Shown piece by piece: positions 36,869 through 46,639 of a DNA stretch of 64,000 bases. Where the stretch lies: contig JAGBCV010000020.1 in assembly GCA_017937845.1 (NCBI GenBank), positions 4,945 through 68,944 of the forward strand, given 5' to 3'. Each line of letters starts with the position of its first letter. Position 1 is the first letter of the stretch. The position numbers and the translations under genes are program-made. The notes under the pieces were generated by a model that saw nothing but the letters and a program-made list of their open reading frames with translations, did not search any database and had not been told where the DNA came from. This stretch comes from Clostridia bacterium. GTDB lineage: Bacteria; Bacillota; Clostridia; Oscillospirales; CAG-272.

Positions 36869-38130
36869 TTGGCAATGCTCCTTTCAGAGATGGTTTGTGC
36901 AAGCTTCGTTTCTCTCTTTTCGCCCGAGGAGAAGCGGGAGATGGAGAGGATGATGCCCATTTCCGCAAGCTGCATGACGAGCGCTGTGCCGCCGTAGCTG
37001 AAAAAGGGCAGAGCGATACCCGTCGTTGGGATCAGGCTCGTGACGACGGCGATATTGAGAAACGCCTGTATCGTAACCTTTAAGGTCAGACCGATGACGA
37101 GCATGGAGGAAAAGATATCGGGGGCTTTGCTTGCAATGACGAATCCGCGCCAAGCAAGCAGGAGGAAAACGGCGACGACCGCCACCGCACCGACGAATCC
37201 AAGCTCCTCGCACCAGATGGCGAAGATGAAATCGTTATACGGCTCGGGAAGCCACATATATTTTTGGATTCCGCTTGTCAGACCCGTTCCGAAAAAGCCG
37301 CCCGAGCCGATGGCAAGCAGGCTTTCGTAGGGCTGGTAGCTACCCGTATCGAGATGAAGCTCGGGGTGGAGCCAAGCATCGATACGCGCTTTTGTGTAGT
37401 TTGTGAACAAAATGATATACGCCGCGCCTGCGGTTGCCGTGATGCCGACACCCCATACCCATTTCATGTTGATGCCGCCGATGCAGACCATCGCCGCGCC
37501 AAGCAAAAAGAGAATGATGGTGGCGGACATATGCTTTTCGATGATGACAAGACCGCAGAAAAGCATGACGAGCCCCGCGGGGAAGAGTACGCCGTATTTG
37601 AAGGTCTTCATCTTATCGGGGACCTTGGATATGTAGAGAGCAAGCACGAGAATGAGCGCGAGCTTTGCGACCTCGGAGGGCTGAAACTGGATACCGATAT
37701 CGATCCAGCGGCGCGCACCGTTTGCGGAAACGCCGATGCCCGGGACGAATACGAGAAGAAGCAGCATGATGGCGACACCGGCGATGGGGAGCGTCGCTTT
37801 TTTCAGAAAGCCGTAGTCCACGATGGACATACCGAGCATGGCGGCAATGCCGAGCGCCGCCCAAACGATCTGCTTTTTGATGAAATAAAAGCTATCATGC
37901 CCGAAGACCGCGCGTTCCTTGGCGTAAACGTAGCCTGACGTGGCAACGGCGATCGAGCCAAGGCAGATGAGGATCAGAACGAGAATCAAAAAAGGCTTGT
38001 CAACGCCGCCGCGGACACGGTGAACGGTCGTATCATCGGGGGATGCAAGCACATGGAAAAGTTCTTTGAAAAGATTGCCCTTGGGGGCTTTTTGGGCGGG
38101 AGAGACCCGCCTTTGCTTTTGTTGTTGCAT
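36865..38130 (-). CDS. ftsW: SEDS-family protein FtsW/SpoVE
   Basis: 421 aa and polytopic. FQPSEVAKLAL and LPFFSYGGTAL blocks. Confidence 0.9.
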   Translation of the reverse strand: MQQQKQRRVSPAQKAPKGNLFKELFHVLASPDDTTVHRVRGGVDKPFLILVLILICLGSIAVATSGYVYAKERAVFGHDSFYFIKKQIVWAALGIAAMLGMSIVDYGFLKKATLPIAGVAIMLLLLVFVPGIGVSANGARRWIDIGIQFQPSEVAKLALILVLALYISKVPDKMKTFKYGVLFPAGLVMLFCGLVIIEKHMSATIILFLLGAAMVCIGGINMKWVWGVGITATAGAAYIILFTNYTKARIDAWLHPELHLDTGSYQPYESLLAIGSGGFFGTGLTSGIQKYMWLPEPYNDFIFAIWCEELGFVGAVAVVAVFLLLAWRGFVIASKAPDIFSSMLVIGLTLKVTIQAFLNIAVVTSLIPTTGIALPFFSYGGTALVMQLAEMGIILSISRFSSGEKRETKLAQTISERSIAK

Positions 38131-38157
38131 TTTGCACCTCGTTTTTTGGTTGCAAAT

Positions 38158-39144
38158 TTACATAAAGAAATAGGTGAGCGCACAGAGCATCATCGTGACG
38201 AGGACGGCGACGAAGACGATCTTGACCTCGCTCCAGCCGCATTTTTCAAAGTGATGATGAATGGGCGCCATTTTGAAGATGCGTTTTTTGGTGAGCTTAT
38301 AGCCCGATACCTGCAAGATGACGGACACGGTCTCCATGATATAACAAAGACCGACTACGACGATGATGAGCGGGCTTCCGATCAGAAAGGCAAGACCCGA
38401 CAAAAATCCGCCGAGGAAAAGCGAGCCCGTATCGCCCATGAAAATGCGGGCGGGATTCCAGTTGTATACGAGAAAGCCGATACATCCGCCAAAAAGTGCG
38501 CCGCTCATATACGCAATATGAGGAAGCGTTCCTTTCGCGCCCGGCATGAGAAACGCGCAGACCGCGAAAAATGCGGCGATGACGGCGGTGACGGACGAGC
38601 AAAGTCCATCGATGCCGTCTGTGAGATTGACGCTGTTATCGACACCGACGATGAGGAAAAGAGCAAATACGTAATACCAGTTGCCAAGCTCCCATTCGGT
38701 ATGCAGAAACGGAATGGAAAGAGTAGTATCGATCTCACCGCAGGCGGTGAGAAGCGCGAGATAGGCAGAGGCAACGATGATCTGAAGCAGAAATTTCTGA
38801 TATGCCTTCAGCCCCTCGTTTTGCTTTTTGAGAAGCTTTGCGCGATCATCGATAAAGCCGATGACACCGAACAGAAGCGCCATGCCGAGCGTGATGAAGA
38901 CCAAGGCGCGTTTGTCGTGCGGGATCACGAAGATATCCAAGAGGGCAATGGTGATGACGATCGCGCCGATGAAGAAAAGTCCGCCCATCGTTGGTGTTCC
39001 CGCCTTGGATTTATGCCATCGCGGACCGATCTCATAAATCGGCTGGTTGAGCTTTTTGCTGATCAAAACGGGAATGAATTTTTTGGATAAGATAACGGTT
39101 ATGATAAAGGATATGAGAACCGAAAGGATAAAATATAGGAACAT
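38158..39144 (-). CDS. mraY: Phospho-N-acetylmuramoyl-pentapeptide transferase
   Basis: 328 aa. KAGTPTMGG, NSVNLTDGIDGL, GDTGSLFLGG and APIHHHFE blocks. Confidence 0.95.
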   Translation of the reverse strand: MFLYFILSVLISFIITVILSKKFIPVLISKKLNQPIYEIGPRWHKSKAGTPTMGGLFFIGAIVITIALLDIFVIPHDKRALVFITLGMALLFGVIGFIDDRAKLLKKQNEGLKAYQKFLLQIIVASAYLALLTACGEIDTTLSIPFLHTEWELGNWYYVFALFLIVGVDNSVNLTDGIDGLCSSVTAVIAAFFAVCAFLMPGAKGTLPHIAYMSGALFGGCIGFLVYNWNPARIFMGDTGSLFLGGFLSGLAFLIGSPLIIVVVGLCYIMETVSVILQVSGYKLTKKRIFKMAPIHHHFEKCGWSEVKIVFVAVLVTMMLCALTYFFM

Positions 39145-39260
39145 GTTTGCGTTTTCTCCTGTGCTTTTGGCACAATTTCTGGGATTTTTCGGGAAATGTG
39201 TTCGATCATTCGATGGAAAACATAAAAATTTCTATATTTATGATCGAAAATACGGGAATA

Positions 39261-40661
39261 TCAGAGCAGGTTTACGATGCGTTCGAGCGCCATGGCGCGG
39301 CTTGCCTTAAAGAGAACGACATCACCCTTTTGAATGACGGCGCGAACGTGCTTGGCGGTTTCTTGTGCCTCGACGTCGCTTTCGAGGATCGTGATGCTTT
39401 TCTCGTCCATGCCGTTTTCACGCGCGCCGCGCGCGATATGCTTTGCCGCCTTGCCGTATGTAACGAGATGCGCGACGCCTGCCTTAGCTACGCGCTCACC
39501 GACGGAACGATGCGCTTCCTCGGAGACCTTGCCAAGCTCGAGCATATCGCCAAGCACCGCGACGGGACGCAGAGCCTTGGTCTTTGCCGTATGACAAAGC
39601 ACCTCCAAGCCCGCTTTCATGGATTCGGGGCTGGCGTTATAGCAATCCTCGATGACGGTATAACCGTCCTTTTCGATGAAATGCTGGCGCATGGCGGCGG
39701 GGGTAAAGGTGAGGAGTCCTTCGCGTATCTTTTCCTCGGAAATGCCGAGAAGGATACCGCAGACGCAGGCAACGAGTGCATTCATGACGTTATGCGTGCC
39801 GAGCGTGCGGATGCAAACGTCGTTCATGATCTCGCCGTCGTGCAGACGAATATCAAAGAGCGTATGGTCATCCATGGCGCGGATGTTTTCCGCCTTATAG
39901 GTGGCGTTATCGCCCATGCCGACGTAGATTTTACAGATGCCGTTTGTGGTGACGTCACGCAAGAGCGGTTCATCGCCGTTCAGAATGAGGATGCCGCCCG
40001 GCTTCATGCCGTCGATGATCTCCATTTTTGCGTCGCGGATATTTTCACGCGAGCCGAGATGCTCGATATGCGAGGTGCCGATGGTCGTGATGACGGAGAT
40101 ATCGGGCTCGGCGATCTCAGACAGCGCGGAGATCTCGCCCTTATGATTCATGCCCATTTCCACAAGAAGCGCGCGATGCTCTGCGGTAAGCCCGAAAAGC
40201 GTCAAGGGAAGACCGATCTCATTATTGAAATTGCCCTTGGTCACGTTGGTCTTGTGCTTCGTGCTGAGGACGGAATAGATAAATTCCTTGGTCGTCGTTT
40301 TGCCGACGCTGCCTGTTACGGCAAGAGAGATCGTGTGGAAAAGTCCTTTATAGGCTTTTGCGATCCTGCCGAGCGCCTTCGTGGTATCGTCCACGACGAT
40401 ACAGGGCATTTTACAGCCTTCGGGAACGGCTTCCACAACGGAAAAGACACAGCCTGCGTTTTCCGCGTTTGCGAGAAAACGGTGTCCGTCAAAGTTTTCA
40501 CCGCGCAGGGCGACGAAAAAGTCCCCTTTTTTCGCGGTTCTGGTATCGGTGGAGATATCGTAAGCGAGCAGTTCGCCCGCGGGTGCGTTTATGGGGGTGC
40601 CGTTTGCAAATTTTGTCAGCATCTCAAAGGAGATTCCGCTGTTATTCATGCTGAGATACAT
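39261..40661 (-). CDS. murF: UDP-MurNAc-tripeptide:D-Ala-D-Ala ligase
   Basis: VTGSVGKTTTKE P-loop and the Mur ligase middle and C-terminal domains. The start was set at ATG 40661 (after AAGGAAAAG), which overlaps the murE end. Confidence 0.9.
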   Translation of the reverse strand: MYLSMNNSGISFEMLTKFANGTPINAPAGELLAYDISTDTRTAKKGDFFVALRGENFDGHRFLANAENAGCVFSVVEAVPEGCKMPCIVVDDTTKALGRIAKAYKGLFHTISLAVTGSVGKTTTKEFIYSVLSTKHKTNVTKGNFNNEIGLPLTLFGLTAEHRALLVEMGMNHKGEISALSEIAEPDISVITTIGTSHIEHLGSRENIRDAKMEIIDGMKPGGILILNGDEPLLRDVTTNGICKIYVGMGDNATYKAENIRAMDDHTLFDIRLHDGEIMNDVCIRTLGTHNVMNALVACVCGILLGISEEKIREGLLTFTPAAMRQHFIEKDGYTVIEDCYNASPESMKAGLEVLCHTAKTKALRPVAVLGDMLELGKVSEEAHRSVGERVAKAGVAHLVTYGKAAKHIARGARENGMDEKSITILESDVEAQETAKHVRAVIQKGDVVLFKASRAMALERIVNLL

Positions 40662-42090
40662 TTTCTTTTCCTTTTCTTTGTAAATAGTGGGAAACGATAT
40701 CCCGTTCGGAAAAATCATGCTTTCCGTTTTGATCGATGAGATACGTTTCGTGTCCTTTTCCCGCAAGAAGAAGGATCTCGCCTGCCGTTGCGGTCGCAAG
40801 GGCGTATTCGATGGCTTCTTTTCGGTCGGGAATGCACAAGACTTTTGTGCTTTGAATGCCGCGCATCACGTCTGCGATGATATCCTCCGGGGATTCGCTT
40901 CTCGGGTTGTCGCTCGTGAGAATGATGCGGTCGGAGAGCGTGTCGGCGGTTTTGCCCATTTCGGGGCGTTTTCCGCGGTCGCGGTCGCCTCCCGCGCCGA
41001 AAAGCACCGTGAGCCTTTCCGTATGCGGACGGAGCGCTGTGAGCGCTTTTTCGAGGGCGTCCGCCGTGTGCGCGTAGTCGATATATATGTCATATTCGGT
41101 ATCGGTATCGAGCTTTTCCAGCCGTCCCGTCGGCGCTTTCAAGAGCGGCGCCGCCGATTGGAGCGTTTCCTTGGGGAGTCCCACAAGATATGCCGCGGAA
41201 ATGGCGGCTGCGGTATTTTCGATATGAAAACCGCCGACAAGGGGAATCTGCAAGGGGAGAATCTCATTTCCGATACGAAGGGAATAGCGAATGTCATACT
41301 TTGTGCAGAGCGGATGCTCAATCGCAAACTCTGCTTCGGGATTCTTTGCGTAATAATACACGTCGCCTCTCGCTTGCCATGCCATATCCTTTGCCGATGG
41401 GTCGTCGAGATTCAAGAGGGAATGCTCGGCATTTCGGAAAAGCGAGGCTTTGGCGTTTTTATAGGCATCCCACGTTTTATGATAGTCCATATGATCCCGC
41501 GTGAGATTTGTGAAGATGGCGATCTCAAAGGTGAGCCCATAGAGCCTTTCCTGCGCGATGGCGTGGGAGGAGGCTTCCATAACGGCGAAGATGACGCCGT
41601 TTTCTTTCATTTTTTGCAAAAGAGGATAGAGCTTTTCGGGGGTCGGGGTCGTATAATCGGAGGGATAGCAGTTTTTGCCGTCGCTGTATGCGACGGTTCC
41701 GACAAGTCCCGTTTGGTATCCCGCCTTTTTGAGAAGCTCCGACAAAAAGAACGAAACGGAGGTTTTTCCGTTCGTACCCGTTACGGCGATGAGCCGAAGA
41801 TGTTTTTCGGGATGTCCCGTATAACGCGCCCATGCAAGGGCGTATTGTTTTCTGACGTTTTCCACACGGAAAACGGGGATCGCAAGCGGAGATAGCGCGG
41901 TTTCGGCATCGAGGACGATGGCGCACGCGCCTTTTTCGACCGCTTCTGTGATATAGGATGCGCCGTTTTCGGAAAAGAAAACGTCGCCTTTGGAAAGTTC
42001 TCTGGTATCTGCACACGGTTTTTCAAACAGAATATCCGAAAAACCGTGTGAGATGGTTTCGTTTGGAAAAAGAATCTGAGAAAGATACAT
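40642..42090 (-). CDS. murE: UDP-MurNAc-L-Ala-D-Glu:meso-DAP ligase
   Basis: VTGTNGKTS P-loop. The DNPR motif (LTSDNPRSE) is typical of meso-DAP-adding enzymes. ATG 42090 follows GGAGG. Confidence 0.9.
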   Translation of the reverse strand: MYLSQILFPNETISHGFSDILFEKPCADTRELSKGDVFFSENGASYITEAVEKGACAIVLDAETALSPLAIPVFRVENVRKQYALAWARYTGHPEKHLRLIAVTGTNGKTSVSFFLSELLKKAGYQTGLVGTVAYSDGKNCYPSDYTTPTPEKLYPLLQKMKENGVIFAVMEASSHAIAQERLYGLTFEIAIFTNLTRDHMDYHKTWDAYKNAKASLFRNAEHSLLNLDDPSAKDMAWQARGDVYYYAKNPEAEFAIEHPLCTKYDIRYSLRIGNEILPLQIPLVGGFHIENTAAAISAAYLVGLPKETLQSAAPLLKAPTGRLEKLDTDTEYDIYIDYAHTADALEKALTALRPHTERLTVLFGAGGDRDRGKRPEMGKTADTLSDRIILTSDNPRSESPEDIIADVMRGIQSTKVLCIPDRKEAIEYALATATAGEILLLAGKGHETYLIDQNGKHDFSERDIVSHYLQRKGKENVSQHE

Positions 42091-42157
42091 AAAAGCCTCC
42101 GAATATTGATTTTTTTGAAACATCCGAGGTTTTTATGTTCTGTATGTTTTTTGCCCG

Positions 42158-44482
42158 TCAATCCGTGCCGATATAGCGAAATTCGACGGTGATGACCGTG
42201 CCTTTTTCGGCGGTCGTTCCGCCTGCGATCGATTGCTTGGTGGCGACCGTTCCCCCTTGGGTATTGCCCGAGATGAGGATGTTGAAGCCCGCATCGGTGA
42301 GGGTCTTATTGGCTTTTTCGGCGGTCATGCCGAGGACGCTCGGAACGATCGCGGTCTTTTCCTCTGCGTTTTCGCTCGTATACAAAATGACCTTTCCGTT
42401 CTCTTTCATGATGGTACTGCCCGAGGGCGGTGTTTGCTCGATGACGCTCGTGCCGTTTCCGACGATCTCATACGAAAGCCCTGCGCCAAGGAGGCGGAGA
42501 ATGGCTTCGTCAAGTGACATTCCGCGGAAGTTCGGCAGGTCGAGCTCGGCTTCTTCGAGTTCTTTTTCCGTATATTCGGGTTCGATACCGAGATAGGGAA
42601 GAACGTCGCCGAGGATCTTGGAAACGTAAGGCGCGGCAACGGTACTGCCGTAGAGAGAGCCGATGGTCGGCTCGTCGACGACGAGGATACAAATGACCTC
42701 GGGGTCGTCTGCGGGAGCGTACGCCACGGTGGAGGCGATACGCGCACCGTTCGTGCCTTTTTCGGAGGTACCTGTTTTGGCGGCGACCTTATAGCCCTTG
42801 ACGTAGGCGTTTTTCGCGCCGCCGTTGCCCGAAACACCTTCCTCAAGGATCTGGCTGATGGTTTCGGCAACGTCCTCGCTCACGACCTGACGTACGGCTG
42901 TCGTACCAAAGGAGGCGAGCGTATTGCCATCGTCGTCGATGATCTCTTTGACGATATGAGGCGTTACGAGCGTACCGCCGTTGGCAACGGAGGCGACCGC
43001 TGTGATCTGCTGAATGGCGGTCACGTTATAACGCTGACCGAAGGAATATACGGCAAGGTCAACACCCGTCATATTTTCTTCGGTGGTATAGATGGAATCC
43101 GCTTCGCCCGGCAGGTCGATGCCCGTTTTGGAATCGAGTCCGAACGCGGAAAAATAATCGCAGAAGGTGGAAATGCCGATGCGCTCTGCAAGACGCATCA
43201 TGACGGGGTTGCAGGATTGCTGGAGCGCACCCGCAAAGGTGAGCGTACCGTGTCCCGTTACCTTGTGGCATTTGATGGGCTTTGACCAACCGCTGACGGT
43301 ATACGAGCCAAGACAGGTAAAGGTTTCCGTCACGGTGGAGAGATTTTCCTCGAGCGCGATGGCGGTCGTGAAAATTTTAGACGTGGAGCCCGGCTCGTAT
43401 GTATCGGTCAGACATTTATTGTTCCACGTTGAAAAAAGCAGCTCGGACTTTTTTTGCAGGTATTTTTCGGAGTCCTCGCCGTAAAGCGACGCATACGCCG
43501 CGAGGGTATTGTCATAATAGTCGGGCAGGGTGCGCGGACTGTTGAGGTCGTAATATGGATAGGTCGCCATGGCGTAGATCTCGCCCGTTTTGGGGTTCAT
43601 GATGATACCGCAGGCGCGGGAGATCGCTCCCGATTCCACGGCGGCTTCCTCTAAATATTTTTGCAAAAAGCTCTGTATTTTATAATCGATGGTGGTGATG
43701 ACGTTGGCACCGTTTTGCGCGTCGATGATGGTTTCGTAATTATAGGGCATTGCGCCGCCGATGCCGTTTTTGGCGGCAAAGATATTGCCCGAAACGCCCG
43801 AAAGAACGGAGTCGTACTGATATTCCAGACCGTACAGACCGCCGTCTGTGCCGCAGAAGCCGATGACGTGGGAAGCAAGGCTTCCGTAAGGATAGACGCG
43901 GGTCGTCGTTTCCGCGAGATGGATCATGCCCGAAAGGAGCATATCCTTTTCGTTTTCGTCCGCGGGCTTGAAAAGCTCATTGTCGGCGTTGTCGTTGATG
44001 AAGGCGCGGACCTTATCGGCGATCTCTTTTTCTACGTTTTTCTTGATGGTGCGGTCGCGGTATTTGGATTTTTGCGCTTCGGTATAGACGAAGTCGTATT
44101 CCACCTCGAGGATTTCCGAAAGCCCCTCTGCGATGAATTTGCGTATTGCCTCGGTCCTTTCGGCATCCTTGCTTACGACCATATTATGCGGGTCGATGAA
44201 GATGCGCTCCGTCGTATAGTTCGTGGCGAGGATCACGCCGTTTCTATCCTTGATGGTGCCTCGCTTGGCATCGATGGGCGTTTCATACAGCATTTGCTGA
44301 AGCACGAGATTTTTATAATCCTCATGCTTGATGATCTGCAAATAAAAGAGCTTGCCGATGATGACGGCGGCAACGATGGTGCATATCGTAAAAATGATAA
44401 AGGCGCGATGGTGCATCTCACTCGTTTGTCTTCCGAGAAGCGAGCTCGGCTTGGAACTGTCGGGCTTGGGTGTTTTTCGCAT
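42158..44482 (-). CDS. Class B penicillin-binding protein (FtsI/PBP2B/SpoVD-type) with two C-terminal PASTA domains
   Basis: TM anchor, dimerisation domain, STSK, SGN-like and KTGT motifs, and two PASTA repeats at the C-terminus. An alternative start is at 44536. Confidence 0.9.
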   Translation of the reverse strand: MRKTPKPDSSKPSSLLGRQTSEMHHRAFIIFTICTIVAAVIIGKLFYLQIIKHEDYKNLVLQQMLYETPIDAKRGTIKDRNGVILATNYTTERIFIDPHNMVVSKDAERTEAIRKFIAEGLSEILEVEYDFVYTEAQKSKYRDRTIKKNVEKEIADKVRAFINDNADNELFKPADENEKDMLLSGMIHLAETTTRVYPYGSLASHVIGFCGTDGGLYGLEYQYDSVLSGVSGNIFAAKNGIGGAMPYNYETIIDAQNGANVITTIDYKIQSFLQKYLEEAAVESGAISRACGIIMNPKTGEIYAMATYPYYDLNSPRTLPDYYDNTLAAYASLYGEDSEKYLQKKSELLFSTWNNKCLTDTYEPGSTSKIFTTAIALEENLSTVTETFTCLGSYTVSGWSKPIKCHKVTGHGTLTFAGALQQSCNPVMMRLAERIGISTFCDYFSAFGLDSKTGIDLPGEADSIYTTEENMTGVDLAVYSFGQRYNVTAIQQITAVASVANGGTLVTPHIVKEIIDDDGNTLASFGTTAVRQVVSEDVAETISQILEEGVSGNGGAKNAYVKGYKVAAKTGTSEKGTNGARIASTVAYAPADDPEVICILVVDEPTIGSLYGSTVAAPYVSKILGDVLPYLGIEPEYTEKELEEAELDLPNFRGMSLDEAILRLLGAGLSYEIVGNGTSVIEQTPPSGSTIMKENGKVILYTSENAEEKTAIVPSVLGMTAEKANKTLTDAGFNILISGNTQGGTVATKQSIAGGTTAEKGTVITVEFRYIGTD

Positions 44483-44562
44483 ATCCGATTCCTTTCGCCG
44501 TGATGAATTTTGGGGAAGAAGCGTTTTCTTCCCCATATATATGGTTTTTCGTTGAATTTATG

Positions 44563-44967
44563 CTATTTTTCGGTGCTTTCTTCCTCGTTTTCGTCCGTTT
44601 CCTCGGGTTCGAGAACGACGGTTTGACCGCCGTCGGGCGTGAATCCCGCGTTTTCGATGGCTTCCATCAGCTCCGCGTGAGGATATTTGTGATTCAAGTC
44701 GTCGTGCAGTTTGCCCTCTCTCGTCGTGAGATTGACCATCTCCTTACGCAGATTTCCGATATCGGAGGAAAGCGCGGAAATTTCAATAAACGAGAATATG
44801 AGCGCAAGGACGAGCACCGTGGAAATGACCGTTCCGAGGATCGATGCGATGGGAAGCGGAGGCGCTTTTTCGATTTCCGTGTCGTATTCCTTGCCGCCGA
44901 GAAAAAGGCTGTATATGAAATTCAGGACGAGCTTCTTTTTGCTTTTATGATGCTTGCGTTTTTTCAT
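44563..44967 (-). CDS. ftsL: FtsL-like cell division protein
   Basis: 134 aa. Basic N-terminus, a single TM segment and a short coiled coil. Its position between rsmH and the PBP gene fits. Confidence 0.7.
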   Translation of the reverse strand: MKKRKHHKSKKKLVLNFIYSLFLGGKEYDTEIEKAPPLPIASILGTVISTVLVLALIFSFIEISALSSDIGNLRKEMVNLTTREGKLHDDLNHKYPHAELMEAIENAGFTPDGGQTVVLEPEETDENEEESTEK

Positions 44968-44970
44968 AGG

Positions 44971-45915
44971 TTAAAATTCCGTTCGTTCGGCAACGCGAAG
45001 CTTGGCGCTGTGAGAGCGGTGATTTTCCGCAAGCTCCTGCTCCGAGGGGAGAATGGGCTTTTTGTTGCAAAGGCTCAGCTTCGGCTTGTTTCCGCAAACA
45101 CAGACGGGATAGGATGGGGGACAGGTACAGCCCTTGGAAAGGTCGGCAAAGGCGCGCTTGGCGGCTCTGTCCTCGAGCGAATGGAACGTGATGACGGCGA
45201 TCCTGCCGCCTGCGTTCAGATGCCCCGTGATGGCTTTGAGCGTCGGCTCGATGATGGAAAGCTCGGAATTGACCTCGATGCGGATCGCCTGAAAAACCTT
45301 TTTCGCGGGGTGATGACCGACGGCGAGAAACTTTTTCGGGGTCACGCTTTTGATGATCTCGACAAGCTCCGTGGTCGTTTCTACGGGCTTTTCCGCTCTG
45401 GCGCGGACGATGGCACCTGCGATCTTCGGTGCGTTATTATCCTCGCCGTAATCAAAAATGATGCGGCGCAGGTCGGCTTCGCTGTACGTATTGACAACGT
45501 CATAAGCGGAAAGCGGCGCATCCTCATTCATACGCATATCGAGCGGTGCTTCGGTGTTATACGAGAAACCGCGCTCGGGTGTGTCAAGCTGATACGAGGA
45601 AACGCCGAGGTCAAGCAAAGCACCGTCTATCTTTTCGATGCCAAGCTCCGACAAGATGTCATGTATATTTGAGAAATTATTTTTTACAAAAAGGATGCGG
45701 TCGGCATAGTCTGCAAGACGGGCTTTCGCCGCGGTGATGGCACAGATGTCCTGATCGATGCAGATCAGCTTGCCCTTGGTGAGCCGTTTTGCGATTTCGA
45801 GAGAATGACCGCCCCCGCCGAGGGTGCAGTCCATATAGATACCGTCCGGCTTGATATTCAAGGCTTCGATACATTCGTGAAGCATGACGGAATAATGGGA
45901 AAAGTTGAGTTCCAA
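44971..45915 (-). CDS. rsmH: 16S rRNA m4C1402 methyltransferase
   Basis: [23 protein letters not shown] and [10 protein letters not shown] blocks. Confidence 0.95.
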   Translation of the reverse strand: MELNFSHYSVMLHECIEALNIKPDGIYMDCTLGGGGHSLEIAKRLTKGKLICIDQDICAITAAKARLADYADRILFVKNNFSNIHDILSELGIEKIDGALLDLGVSSYQLDTPERGFSYNTEAPLDMRMNEDAPLSAYDVVNTYSEADLRRIIFDYGEDNNAPKIAGAIVRARAEKPVETTTELVEIIKSVTPKKFLAVGHHPAKKVFQAIRIEVNSELSIIEPTLKAITGHLNAGGRIAVITFHSLEDRAAKRAFADLSKGCTCPPSYPVCVCGNKPKLSLCNKKPILPSEQELAENHRSHSAKLRVAERTEF

Positions 45916-45940
45916 GTGTTTACCAAACCTTTCTTCTGAA

Positions 45941-46372
45941 TCAAAAATTGAGTGCGAGCATGAGGTCGTTTACCTCATCGGCGCTCATGTCTTCGTTTTC
46001 CGCGTTCCAAGCGTCCTCTGCCCATATCTCGATATACGAGCCGAGTCCGATGATGACGACGTTTTTTTCAATGCCGGCATAGGCGCGAAGCCCTGCGGTG
46101 AGCATGATCCTGCCTTGGGAGTCGGGGGATACATCCGAGGCGTTTGAAAAGACGAAGCGACGAATTTTGGCGGCTTGCGCTTGCGGTAAGCCTGCGATCT
46201 TTGCGGTGTAGGCTTCCCATTCCTCCATCGGATAGACGGTGAGGCATTTGGCTGTGCCGCGTGTGACGACGAACGCATCGCCGAGCTCATCTCTGTATTT
46301 CGCGGGGATAAAGGTTCTGCCCTTGGTATCCACGGTATGCGCGTATTGTCCGAGAAACACGTTTTTCACCAT
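45941..46372 (-). CDS. mraZ: Transcriptional regulator MraZ
   Basis: 143 aa starting from ATG 46372. [22 protein letters not shown] and [17 protein letters not shown] are the duplicated SpoVT-AbrB/MraZ repeats. Confidence 0.93.
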   Translation of the reverse strand: MVKNVFLGQYAHTVDTKGRTFIPAKYRDELGDAFVVTRGTAKCLTVYPMEEWEAYTAKIAGLPQAQAAKIRRFVFSNASDVSPDSQGRIMLTAGLRAYAGIEKNVVIIGLGSYIEIWAEDAWNAENEDMSADEVNDLMLALNF

Positions 46373-46385
46373 CCTTTTTGGGTTT

Positions 46386-46437
46386 TGTGGAAAGCTTGTG
46401 AATGATTGTGGAAAACCATGTTGAAAATGTGGAAAAC
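46386..46437. promoter_or_regulatory. Array of five head-to-tail 9-mers, TGTGGAAAA type (complement TTTTCCACA)
   Basis: The 9-mers start at 46386, 46397, 46407, 46419 and 46428. The copies at 46407 and 46428 are exact, and the others differ at 1-2 positions. The array lies in the mraZ 5' leader. Confidence 0.6.
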
Positions 46438-46439
46438 CT

Positions 46440-46477
46440 CCACTTTCCCCCACTTTGATGCAAAAATCACCCACTTG
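46440..46477 (-). promoter_or_regulatory. MraZ-type direct repeats (AAGTGG, AAAGTGG, AAAGTGG on the mraZ sense strand)
   Basis: Plus-strand CCACTTT at 46440 and 46450 (10-bp period) and CCACTTG at 46471, immediately downstream of the putative Pmra -10. Confidence 0.6.
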
Positions 46478-46483
46478 CATAAT

Positions 46484-46512
46484 ATTATAAAGGATATATG
46501 GGGGTTTTGCAA
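46484..46512 (-). promoter_or_regulatory. Candidate Pmra promoter
   Basis: Minus strand: TTGCAA (46512-46507), 17-nt spacer, TATAAT (46489-46484). Confidence 0.55.
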
Positions 46513-46562
46513 GAGATTTTTTCAAAAATTAAAAATTTTTACACAGAGTTTTCCACCGAATA

Positions 46563-46591
46563 TTGTAAAATTTTGTTGAATGTGGTAGAAT
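46563..46591 (+). promoter_or_regulatory. Candidate promoter of the GH3 gene
   Basis: TTGTAA, 17-nt spacer, TGgTAGAAT (extended -10). Confidence 0.45.
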
Positions 46592-46639
46592 ATTTCCACA
46601 TATTATGTTTTCCACATACGCTCTGTGGGAAAATCCCAC
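46592..46639. promoter_or_regulatory. Further TTTTCCACA-type boxes and a palindrome downstream of the GH3 promoter
   Basis: ATTTCCACA at 46592, TTTTCCACA at 46608, and the perfect inverted repeat GTGGGAAAATCCCAC at 46625-46639. TTTTCCACC is also present at 46549. Confidence 0.5.
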
